A stretch of 63,985 nucleotides of DNA, filler included, from Octopus bimaculoides (taxonomy: Eukaryota), in assembly GCF_001194135.2 (NCBI RefSeq). It is 6 parts of 5 records of this genome, joined end to end, with 100 filler letters (N's around TTAATTAATTAA, not from the genome) between each part and the next. Parts side by side here need not be neighbours in the genome. Positions count along the whole stretch, not along the records: positions 13,572 to 44,133 come from NC_068982.1; 5 more parts are not named here. One strand, given 5' to 3'. Below, piece by piece: positions 27,046-38,337 of the stretch (positions are counted from its first letter, which is position 1; each line of letters starts with the position of its first letter). A model generated the notes under the pieces. It was not told where the DNA came from. It made no database searches and worked only from the letters and a program-made list of their open reading frames with translations. The translations under genes and the position numbers were made by a program.

Positions 27046-29109
27046 ATTTTTACAATCTAAATATTGTTCCTCTGGCTTGAAATATATGAGGAGAGGGAAG
27101 TCGGTTTCCGCTTTCGAATTCTGCACCGGTTTCTTTACTGTTCAGTAAAATGGTATGTCGAGTTTTGTCTTAGTCGCGTTCTCTAATAAACGATAAAATA
27201 CGTACAACTGGCTAATGAAATCTAATACATTGTTGATGTATTCTACCAAAGAGTAACACGCAACATCCTAAAATATTCAACAGTGAAACTTTCTAGAAGT
27301 AAACAGTTTGGAGAAACGGTGTGTACAAAGGAGAAAAATATCGCCGTACGCTCAAGTACTCTTATAAATTTTAACATATCTACTCTAAGTACAAAAGCAA
27401 AAAGAAATAATAAATTCAAGTAAACAGAACTAAAATTACACTGTAATTATAGTATGACAAGAAATTATAATTATTTTGAGATAGCAAATAAAACTAAAAA
27501 TTGAAACAGCTTGTTGCTATTCAAAGTGAAAGCGTTGAAAATTTCTTTTACTTGAATTCAATTCTAAAAGTGTTTACTACTTGCAGAGTTTTAAGATTTG
27601 TGAAAGTTTTCTATTCATAGTTTGGTTATTATTTAAACAACGACGTCAAGTACTGCACACCACTGGTTTAGTATGAGCACCAACAAAACCTTAGTTATAT
27701 TTACAGATATAAGCGAAAATATAATGAATCGTTTTCCGTTGGCTGTTGTACAGTACATAGAAAAAATTGCTAAACCGGCTATATATGTGTGTTTGTCATT
27801 AATGTCTTCGTGTTTTTGTGTCACGAAGAAATATAGAAGAAAAAGGGAGAGAAAGAGTGTGAGGAAGAGAGACTCAACTAAAACATAGTTGAGAGGAACA
27901 GGCGCGTGCAGTGAAACAATTAAAGTTGAAGGTAGAAATTTTAATTGAATTCTTGAATAAAGAGAGAAAATTATCTGCTTACCATCGCTGCACATCTTGT
28001 TGGAACTTTTCCCCTCCTACTCTCAGTCATCTCTGTTGTGTCTTAGTGTTTCGTATTTTGTCCTCTGGTCTCCCATCTACTAATAGCCAACTTGCTGTCA
28101 CAGCCAACAACACCTACTCTTACGAGAACCATACATCCCATCGTGCCTCCCTAACTTTCACCAGCCTCGCATTATACGCTCGAAAACTAGGCACCACATG
28201 CCGAACCTGCACAGTTGCCATGAACGAAAATTTCGAGAGCCTTCTTCAGTGGGACAATGGCAATTTATCTATTTCAAGAGCAAATCTTCAAGCACTACAC
28301 AATATCAAGGAAAGACTATCGCACCATACATACATCAAATGCGAATAGTACTTACCTAGAGCTGTCATTACAGCTCAGCATCACAAATGATATTTGCAAG
28401 CCTTTCGCTTCAGGACAAGAAAACAATACTTCAGCTATCAACAATCTGAAAAACCTGCGATGGAGTATTACAGTAATATGGCGAGTAGTTACTGTACTCC
28501 TATAACTGGATGTTGCAACCTCACATACAACAGCCACACACACATACACATACACACACACATCCTTGGTCTTATACGATGAGAGCCATTTGCTTAAAAT
28601 CACTCACAGAGATGTCCCGCTATCTGACCAAATGATCTACTCACTTTTCTCAATACCTCTTCTACCTTTGTTTCTCGGAGTTAGTTGAACTTATGCGTCT
28701 TTCATCCAAGCAGTTCCAATACCCTCGTTTCTCGTCTTGTAATCTTCTTTGAAGTATCCAACTCTCTTAGTTTGCATGAGCTTCTATTTCCAAATCTCCT
28801 TTCTCACCAATCGTATGGTATCTCGTCTCTGTTCCGGTCTTTCCTACGGATGTCGACTTACAGTATTTTAAATAGCATACTGATGAATCTCACTTCTCTC
28901 GGAGAGTCTGCCTTCGGACCCTTCCTTCAGGACCGTCAAATAAGATAGTATAGTGTTACACACGTATATNNNNNNNNNNNNNNNNNNNNNNNNNNNNNNN
29001 NNNNNNNNNNNNNNNNNNNNNNNNNNNNNNNNNNNNNNNNNNNNNNNNNNNNNNNNNNNNNNNNNNNNNNNNNNNNNNNNNNNNNNNNNNNNNNNNNNNN
29101 NNNNNNNAT

Positions 29110-31313
29110 ATATATATAAGGAAAATAAAATAAGGTAGAAAATGCTAAAATGAGTTTATCATGAAGAACATTTTAGTACCGGTTTCAGTCTTTTCGACTT
29201 TTTCAACTTAGAGCAAAGCAAGAAAAACAATTGAATTGACGAAAAATTAAAAGAAATGTTTTTTTCAAATATTTCCATAATCTTCAAATAGGTAGGACAT
29301 TTTCTTTTTTGCTATATTTCTCTCTTTTACTTTTGTGAAGGCTCGGCATGTAGTAACAGATCTGAAGAAATAGTTAATAAGGGTGCAAAGGGATGCTGGT
29401 TCTCGATTTCAATTGATTAAGCAGCAGCAGCAGCAGCAGCAGCCGAGGAAGGAGACAGCGAAGAAAAAGAAGAGGAAGAAAAAGAAGAAAAAGGAGTAGA
29501 AAAAGAAGAGAAAGAAGAATGAAAAGAAAAGACGGCAATGGTATGTCATTAGTAGGCTGTTTGTGGAATCTTTAATGGTCAAGTGACCTAAACGTGACCT
29601 GTTGTGGTTGTAGCAGTAGTGATTGGAATTGTTCAAAATAAATCCATGGATAGTGACTGTTCAGAATATATCGGTTTTAGTATTTTCGTGGGTATTATCC
29701 TAAAATCCGTGTTGTAGTATCATTTGTGATGGAAGCATTGAAAAGGGGTTCATATTTTGCAATAAAATATGATTCTTTGCTATTGCTCTGATTATAGGTT
29801 GCATTGTCCCTGAATTTATAGAGGGGAAAAAATTCTGAAGTTGGGTTCTTCCTTAGTGGCGCAAATATCGATGTGTTCGCTTAATGCTATTTTTCTGTAT
29901 TCCCGAATTTTAATCTGGGAATTTTAATCTGGAAGAAGTATCTTGATGACTGCTTCATTCTTTGGCATGAAAGTATAGAGAGGCTTAAAGAATTTCAAGC
30001 TCTTCTAAATGGACTTGACATAAACATTCAATTTACGATAAAATATAACAACTTCCATTCCTCGACATCCTCATTAAAAAATCCAACAACAAAATAGAAG
30101 CAGACATATACTATAAGCCTACGGACTCCAAGCAATATCTACCGTTCAACTCAAACCACCCAAGACTCACAAGAATGAATATCCCTTTCAACCTGGCAAA
30201 AAAGATTTGTACTGTAATATCTGATACAAACATTAGGGACACACGACTACACGAGCTGAAGGATACATTCATCAGCAGGAACTGCCAACCATCACTATTT
30301 GATATAGAGTTACAACGTGCCATAAATCTCAACATCTACGGATTCAGACATTCCAAACAAAAGAAGAACTTACGACCAAAAGCCCTAACATACATATCCA
30401 CACACAACCGCCTAAACAATGAAGCCCTCGACTCCATCCTCTAGAACATTCCTTTACTAAAAAAGGACCACAGAATGAATCAAATTCTCCAAATGCACAC
30501 CATCATAAAGAGCAAAAATGATTGCAGATTCGGAATCAGCAGTCCCAAATTACCTATGCGCACTATTTCGTCTAATAGTAGCAAACATTTTGTTGCCTAG
30601 TGTAATCAGGGCATTAAAAAAGAATCATATTTTATCGCAAAATATGAACCCCTTTTCAATGCTTTCATCAGAGATGATACTGCTACAAGGATCTTAGAAT
30701 AATACCCATGAAAATATTAAAAACCATATATTCAGAACAGTCACTACCCATGAATTTATTTAGAACAATTCCAATCACTACTGCTACAACCACAAGTCGC
30801 TTTTTGGTCACTTGAACATTAAAGATTCCACGAACGACCTACTAAAGGCATAACACTGCTGCCTTTTTATTTTCTTTCTTCTTTCTCTTCTTTTCCTACT
30901 CCTTTATCTTCTTTTTCTTCCTCTTCTTTTTTCTTCGCCGTCTCCTTCCTCGGCTGCTGCTGCTTAAACAATCAAAATCAAGAACCAACATCCCTCTGCA
31001 CCCTTATTAACTATTTCTTCAGATTTGTTACTACTACTACATGCGAGCCTTCACAAAAGTAAAAGAGAGAGATATAGAAAAAAAGGAAAATATCCTTTTG
31101 AAAACATTGGAAGCTATGGAAATATTTTAAAACTATTTGAAAACTATTGAAATATTAAAAAAAAATATTTGGTTAATTTTTCTTCAATTCAATTATTTTT
31201 CTTGCTTTGCTCTAAGTTGAAAAAATCGAAAAGACTGAAACCGTTACGAAAATGTTCTTGATGATAAAATTATTTTAGCATTTTATACCTTGTCTTATTT
31301 TCGTTATACATAT
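29110..31313. repeat. About 700-bp inverted pseudo-LTR arms (29110-29805 and 30590-31313) flanking the Penelope RT
   Basis: Arms are reverse complements along their length (for example gcaaaatatgaaccccttttcaatgct, gaacaattccaatcactactgctacaaccacaa, cttgctttgctctaagttgaaaaa). Confidence 0.9.
29930..30520 (+). mobile_element. Penelope-like element RT C-terminal fragment
   Basis: WKKYLDDCFILW...LNGLDINIQFT...LPFLDILI....IEADIYYKPTDSKQYLPFNSNHP...NIPFNLAKKICTVISD: characteristic PLE RT motifs; one frameshift and a stop. Confidence 0.9.
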
Positions 31314-31388
31314 CAACTCGTATGTTACTTTTCAACCTTTACGCACATGAACACACACACATAGACACACACACACACACACACACAC

Positions 31389-32095
31389 ATAGGTTGGGTG
31401 CAAAGTAACTAGGCATTAGAAATTGCTTATAGAATTTTTAGTATCACAAGCCATGACGAAAACAGTTATTAAACAGACAACAGGAATAGGGATTCTTTAC
31501 TTTTTTATTGTCTTATTTCTTATTTCTAATTTTCTAGATGGCCCGTCACTTGACTGTTCAGGAGCCAGCTACGGTAACAGCTCGCTATGAAGTGTGGAAT
31601 TTCATTGTTTGGGTTCAGAGATGGTGGCGTGCATGGAAAGATAAGCATGTAACACTACGACCAGAGACAATAAAATTTTGTCATGCAAAACTGATGACCA
31701 CGGGCTCTGAGAACGATGTAAGAAGAAGTGGCCGTCCAACCACATCCCAATCAGCGAAGACGTGGAAACAGTGCTGGAAATGTTTAATCGCAGCCTTCGA
31801 AAATCAACACGTCAAGCAGCTCGTGAAAGTGGACTAACGTAACTCACCATGCATACAATATTGCATAAAGAATCGAATTTTCATCCGTTGAAACCCCAAC
31901 CCCATTACGTGCAGGAGCTAAAACCTGAAGACTGTGACAGCAGAAATCCCAAACTCCAAGAAGTCTAGATCGCACTCCACTCCATGTGATTTTTACTTGT
32001 TGGGTTACACAAAAGAGGTGTACAAAAAAAACCTCACACACTGAAGGACATGGTGGCACGGATTCAGGAGGTTCTCAATGATATTCCAGATGACG

Positions 32096-32098
<3 letters not shown>
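31389..32098 (+). mobile_element. Tc1/mariner-superfamily transposon with internal deletion (DUF4817-type HTH)
   Basis: TIR-like taggttgggtgcaaagtaa. MARHLTVQE.ATVTARYEVWN..V.VQRWWR...KLMTTGS.NDVRRSGRPTTS, then (shifted frame) VETVLEMFNRS.RKSTRQAARESG...HYVQELKPEDCD.R, joined to PRS...TPCDFYLLGYTK. Confidence 0.85.
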
Positions 32099-32179
<81 letters not shown>

Positions 32180-33854
32180 TCACATAACATTTCAGCTATT
32201 TCTTAAGTTTGGTAAACTCGTAAAAGAAAGAAATCTAATGTTCAAACACGAAGTCATGCTGGAAAATTTTGAACAACAGGTGGAATAGAAAGAATACACA
32301 AATCAAATAAACGACAAAGAGAAAATGATACACAATTTTTATAATTTCATTATAGTCATTGTGTTAAAATGTAATAAAAAGATATACAAAAATATAATGA
32401 AGCTAATTCGAGAAAAAAAATTCAAAAAGAATAAGCAAATGTAGGCGTAACTGTAGGCGTTTTCAAGAAACATTGCTGAAAATGATGATTGCTTCTGAAA
32501 AGCGCAAAGCAACAACCAAAAACTCCAAATATATACCAACATGTAAAAAAAAATTGTGATGGAAAATTGTTTGAATACAAATCAACTAAATACTGTAGGT
32601 GAATTCTTGAAAAATTAATATGAATGAATGTTAGTAACAAGTAGTAAAGACGTTGATAACGTACTTAACATAACTATCACTCAATGAGCCAAATACCAAA
32701 TAGTTAATGAATCTAAATTTTCTAAATATCGTACATGTACTAATGAGGCAAAACATTAGCTTTCTAAAAAAGAAAGCAACAAAGTAGATAACTAGGATGT
32801 GGACATGCAATGGGAACTGTGTTCTATATTTGGTAGTATGGTGATAAATCCGGACATATTCAGGTGTTATTAAACTTCCTCAGCGAAATATAATCTACAA
32901 CTATATTGTCAGACCTTGAGATAACTGATGGAGTTCAAGGGAGTATAAGAGTATAGAATACTGATAGGTTTTACAACTTGAAAAGAATGACTAGGAGATA
33001 TTTCTCGGACACACCAATTGAGCGAACAACAAACAGTAATGTCTGAACGGATACATCTAAAGTAATATGATCGCAATAAGATATGAGATATATTTATATA
33101 GGATGATTACTGATGTTTGATTCAACCTTTACTCTGTACAATATTGACTTTGCCAGACAGTTACCTTCTCAAGAATTCTACAAATGCATGATCTTTACTG
33201 GCATCTCGCATCTATTCGGCTTCGCGGCGTTAAAACCTCTGATGTAACACTCGAATTTTTGCAAGATGAATAGCTAACCTTAACACAAGCAAAAACATAT
33301 TGGGGCAACGGGACTCACATTCAAAAACCGTTATTATAATCATAAATATTCATTTGTCAGACCCAACAAAAAATGTGCCACGGTTTTGTCAAAGTTTATA
33401 TGGTTCTTGCGTGAGACAAGTCCTCATTATCTCACAATTACCTGGTCTATTGTAGATAATTCGTAACCTTACAGAAACGGGAGTTTCAAATCAAAGATGC
33501 AGCGTGACCTTTATTTGACACAAGGCACCAACAGTCTGAATAAATGAGATGAACTGCTAACGCCTTGTATGCATGCGACTATCTTTTATGCAAATACGAG
33601 TCTCATAGATTTTTGTTCTGGTTCATAAAAAAGTTGGTTTTCCGAAATATTTTATTAGTTTTAACATGTGTGTGTGTGTGTATGTACGTCTCTATATGTG
33701 AGAGTATGAATATAAGCATATGTGTATATGTTACCCATCAAATGAAATTTGGTACCAGTGACAATGCCGTACTGACCGACAACTACGAAAATCTTTAGTC
33801 CAGATAAAGTGATTTACTCTATATTGCCCTTCCTCATTTATTAATGTCTCTAGC

Positions 33855-33965
33855 TTCTTCTTCTTCTTCTTCTTCTTCTTCTTCTTCTTCTTCTTCTTCT
33901 TCTTCTTCTTCTTCTTCTTCTTCTTCTTCTTCTTCTTCTTCTTCTTCTTCTTCTTCTTCTTCTTC
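33855..33965. repeat. (TCT)n trinucleotide microsatellite
   Basis: About 37 perfect units; source of the poly-E/poly-S ORFs. Confidence 0.98.
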
Positions 33966-35060
33966 TCTTACTCCTTCTCTTCTTCCTACTTCTTCCCCTC
34001 CTTTTTTCGTATTCTTCCTCTCTATCCTCCCCATGTGATATCTATGCTAATTACTCATCTAACCGCTCTTTTATTTATTTTTTATTTTCTCCCGATGTAA
34101 GCCAAAACACAATGTCTGGAAGACACACAATGTGAATGCGCACCTTTGATGCACGTCTGATCAAGAGCCACTCTAATGTCTAAAACCGCAAACGTTATGT
34201 AAATTTTCACTTCGAATTTTTGCGTCAACTGGCGTTGCGAGCACAGGTGGTACAGAAATAATTTTAATGAATCATTAAAAATGTTGTTAAAGAATTTCTT
34301 TGTCTTATTTTTTGGATTGTATTGTACTCTTCTCCAAACCTACACAACAGTGTTACCGTCGTGAAACTAGATTTTCTACACTTGATAAGTCTCGGCATTG
34401 GTCTGGAACCCGACAGTGGTCTGGAAGCAGCCCAGAATTCGAGTTGTGTGCTTCTCTAGAAATATCCTACTTTCATAGCCTGCCAGGGTCTATGTATATA
34501 TGTATACATGAAAATACAATTATTTGTATATATGTGTGTCTATGCGTGTACATATATGCATGCGTCTGCACAGGCTCATACAAAGCCATCAACTGCATAT
34601 ACACTGATTGTTGTTTTTAAAAAATACACCAATTTAAATGTATTAACTGAAAATAGCACTTAAAAACATTATTTTGGAACATTGCTTAAACATCAACGCA
34701 ATTTCATGACTTCAATTCTGCGGAGTTTATGAGCTTTATAATCATACTACTATGTGAACCAGAACTGAAATCAAAAGAGTGAGGTTGAAGCAGCAGGTTC
34801 GCATGTGTCGTTCATAAAGGGTTTTAAACGAAAAAAAAACAAAAAAAAACAAGGATTAACGTTTCCTTCAAATTTTCATGTCGTGTTTCAAATAATATTC
34901 AAGTAGTAGATATTCAGAAGAAGACCAGGCTCCGTTTACTAGCTGGTGACCGGAAACGAGCGATTCTGAGCATTGAAAATTGGAGCCTTTCAGTTATAAA
35001 GAATTCAAGAATATTCTACATTTGTCTTGAAACATTTAATTTATCACATAGTCTGTCATA

Positions 35061-35103
35061 CCGGCCATGACGAAGGTAAATAGCCCTGAAACTCGAGTCG
35101 CCT
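35061..35103 (+). ncRNA. Minimal hammerhead-like motif (one core defect) in a Penelope-type pLTR remnant
   Basis: ggc-c-ATGACGA-AGG[taaatagc]CCT-GAAAC-TCGA-GTC-gcc; palindromic ACTCGAGT, GUC triplet. Confidence 0.5.
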
Positions 35104-35540
35104 TTATATATTTATATTTATATATTTGATCCTTTATATTGAACACTCAATATTTCATCTACATTCAATACTTTATTTCATGGTGCCATCCATTTTTATT
35201 TTATTTTATATTATATTATATATTGTATATTATATTATATATTGTATATTCCATATTCTATACCCCACATTGGTTCTGCAGGAATATAAATAACACATAA
35301 AAAACAGACAGTGTTGGAACTCTTTTAAACAAAATAATATATTCCTCTATACACAATCATACAAAAAAAAACACCTTTTTTGTATTTATTTTTACTCGCA
35401 TATATATATATATATATATATACATACATTGTTGTATTTGGAGATGGCCATGTTGCCAGTTTAGACAATAAAAACACATGCACTGTATATTTGATGTTAA
35501 TTTGCTTCAATTTTATATTACATTATATTAATCATATTTC

Positions 35541-35585
35541 GGCCAGAGTTCTTTCGTCACACTTCTGTGACCTCATCAGTGGTCC
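35541..35585 (-). ncRNA. Minimal hammerhead-like motif
   Basis: Minus strand: ggacca-CTGATGA-g-GTCAC[agaagt]GTGAC-GAAA-gaac-TC-tggcc; intact CUGAUGA and GAAA. Confidence 0.55.
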
Positions 35586-35750
35586 TTTGCTTTCTTCTTT
35601 CTTATGTGTGTCCCTCCTTGCTAACAATCAGCCATTTTGTATTTTGTATTCCTATTGTATGTGTCTACGCATGCTTATCCCTCTAAGTGTGTCTATGTTT
35701 TGTAAGTGCATGTGTGTGTATGGGGAGTGCCTGTATTATCTGTAACCTCT

Positions 35751-35919
35751 GTTAATACATGTTCGTTTATTTTATTTTGCTTTTATTTATTTTTTTGTTC
35801 ATGTGTTTATACCTACTTCTTTTTTTTTTTTTATTTTTTGTTTCTAACGAAAAAAAATGTAGGTATAAACACATGAACAAATGAATGAATAAAAACAAAA
35901 TAAACGAACATGTACTAAC
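35751..35919. repeat. About 72-bp-arm hairpin (35751-35826 / 35850-35919)
   Basis: tacatgttcgtttatttt...ttgttcatgtgtttatacctac versus gtaggtataaacacatgaacaa...aaaataaacgaacatgta. Confidence 0.9.
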
Positions 35920-38075
35920 ATTTACCGCTCACTAAAATTTATTTACAGTTACCCGGTGCATCCTGTATTTCATGCTCTTCTATAAATCTCAATGAAAATA
36001 ACCTCAAAATACCAGTGGAATTTTCATAAGCACTGCTAATTTTAATTAGTTTAAATTTATTGTCTCTTACCATTAAGTATGCGTGTATTACTTTTATTGT
36101 TTGTTTTCATGCTTCAAACATCCCCAGATAAACACTCCTCTATCATATTAGTTTGTAAAATATAGTTCCCATTACATAAGTAATTTCTTTTGCCAGCTCA
36201 TGCTAGTTTTGTGTAACACATCTTATTTCCAGCTACGGAAATCTGGAAAAATTCTAAGTGAAGCAGCTTTAGAATAATTTACAAAAATTCCAAGTATTCA
36301 AGTCTATAAGCTATATATACCTCCACTTGTGCTTGCTTCAACAATCGACATACTAGTTGAGATGTTTTTTTTGGTCTTGAAATTTAAATATTTAATGAGG
36401 TAATTGTTCATTGCTATACTTCATGTGTTTTAAAAAGAAAAACAAATCCCTGAATTTGTTTGTTTAAAACAAATGCTTTTGATTTAATCGAGTTAGCAAT
36501 ATATCAAAATTGGATTCTTATCAAATAAATATAGATTTGACATTTATGTCATAATTCTGATTTCCCACCAAATCATGGATGCTGCAAAATGACATTTCTA
36601 TATATTCTTGTTTCGGTAGCGAAATTCCTCATTTAGATAGGCACCGACATCCTTCATTGTCATAAAAATGAGAAAAAGAATACAAAAATTTTGTCATAAG
36701 TTAGTTTTTCACTTGTAATATTTCAAATATTTAACTGTAGAAAGAATAACTTGTTTGCATATCAACTATGTTTTGCTACATACCTGCAAAGTAATGTTTT
36801 AGTTATATAGCTTAAAATGTTTTTGAGAATCCCAACAAATTTTATGCATAATACTGTACAAAAGTATTGTCAAATTGATAGCTTTATATCTACTGTCTCC
36901 TAACTCATTAGAATGTCACACAACAAATACATTTAAAGACAATCTTGCACGTAGCATTTAATACGGAATATAATTTTGTGATATTTAACGAAGAAATCGG
37001 TGAAACTATTTTCATGAGTCTCAGTTAATCATTGAAATATTTCAACTATTTGTCATTATTCTTTCATTCTTTTATCTTTTTTCTTGTTTCCGCCATGCAA
37101 CTGCGGTCACGCTGGAGTAACTGAAGACTAACTACTCTATGCTTCCCTGAACTCTATATTCGTTAGGTTTCATATCTAATCTTGTGAAAACTGTCCTAAA
37201 TGATTTTGCTAACCTCAATGGAAGAACAGTTAACCTCGAACTGCCAAGATTCGAACTCCTCAGAAATACAAATAATGTTATTAATTACAGCAATAAAAAT
37301 ATTGAACCTTGTCTACTGTTTCAGTAACAGTTGTAGTTATTTGATCCAGATTAATGTATTGATTAAGCAAATGACATTGTTGGAAAAGTTGCAGATAACT
37401 TGCCTTTCCCAATGGGATTACCGATGAACCTGGAATGAAAGTATTTTCAATCTTAGCTAGAATCACTATAAGGTCAACTAGTTGTTAAACTCTCTTTTGC
37501 CTTGCTGCTTTTGCCAACCAGAGAATTATTAAAAACAACCCACCAAAATATACGCATATGAATTTAGCAGCTATAGAATTATACTTTCATATTTTCTTTT
37601 ACATAACTGTAACTAAGTGTATGATTATATAACTACTTGGTATATGAATGACTCGAGTAAACGCCCACTCAATAATTCTATATTTTATATTACATTAGTA
37701 GCAATGTCGCAAGACATGATACTATCTTTGGATTTTCTTGTATCATATTCTTGACAACGGAGCCTGTTAATTGTCAGTTAACTGCAATTTAATATTGAAA
37801 ATCCGAAGAAATTAAAATAACGAAGATAGCAAGCAGCAAATGTTGAATGCTAAAGTCAAACGGTAAAAAAAAAAAGAAGCACAGCAGAAAATATGAATTT
37901 ACGTTCCATGCGAGTAATGGCTGTACAAGCGTTTATATTCCCGAAAAGGGACCTATTTGATAAATGACAAATTTCCGATAATCTGGAATTGATACTCTTC
38001 GAGAACATAAACGTGTTGCAAAAATCATAAAGGTTAGAAAATAGAAAATTAAAAACACATTATTGGTTCCTAATA

Positions 38076-38337
38076 TAGGCACAAGGCCAGCTATTCCGAG
38101 GGAGCGGGTAAGTCGACTACATCGACCACAGTACTCAACTGGTACTTATTTTATCGAGCCCGAAAGGATGAAAGGTAAAGCGTACCTCGGCTGAATTTGA
38201 ATTCAGAACATAAATGCCACTAAGCATTTTAAAGAGCTAACTAACGATTCTGCCAGCTCGCGGCTTTGAACATAACACGAACGAAATGCCGCTAAGTAAT
38301 TTGTCCGGCGTGCTAACGAATCTGCTTCCTTGCAGCC
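38076..38337 (-). mobile_element. SINE family A with duplicated head
   Basis: Reverse-complement core plus two ctaacga.tctgc head segments. Confidence 0.75.

Noticed and set aside
28040-28945. Possible PLE N-terminal region (28040-28500) and Tx1/L1-like scrap (28690-28930 minus)
   Set aside because: Coding-like, but the motifs are too weak to assign without a search.
33834-34038. Poly-Glu / poly-Ser ORFs
   Set aside because: Translation of a (TCT)n microsatellite; no splice or domain support.
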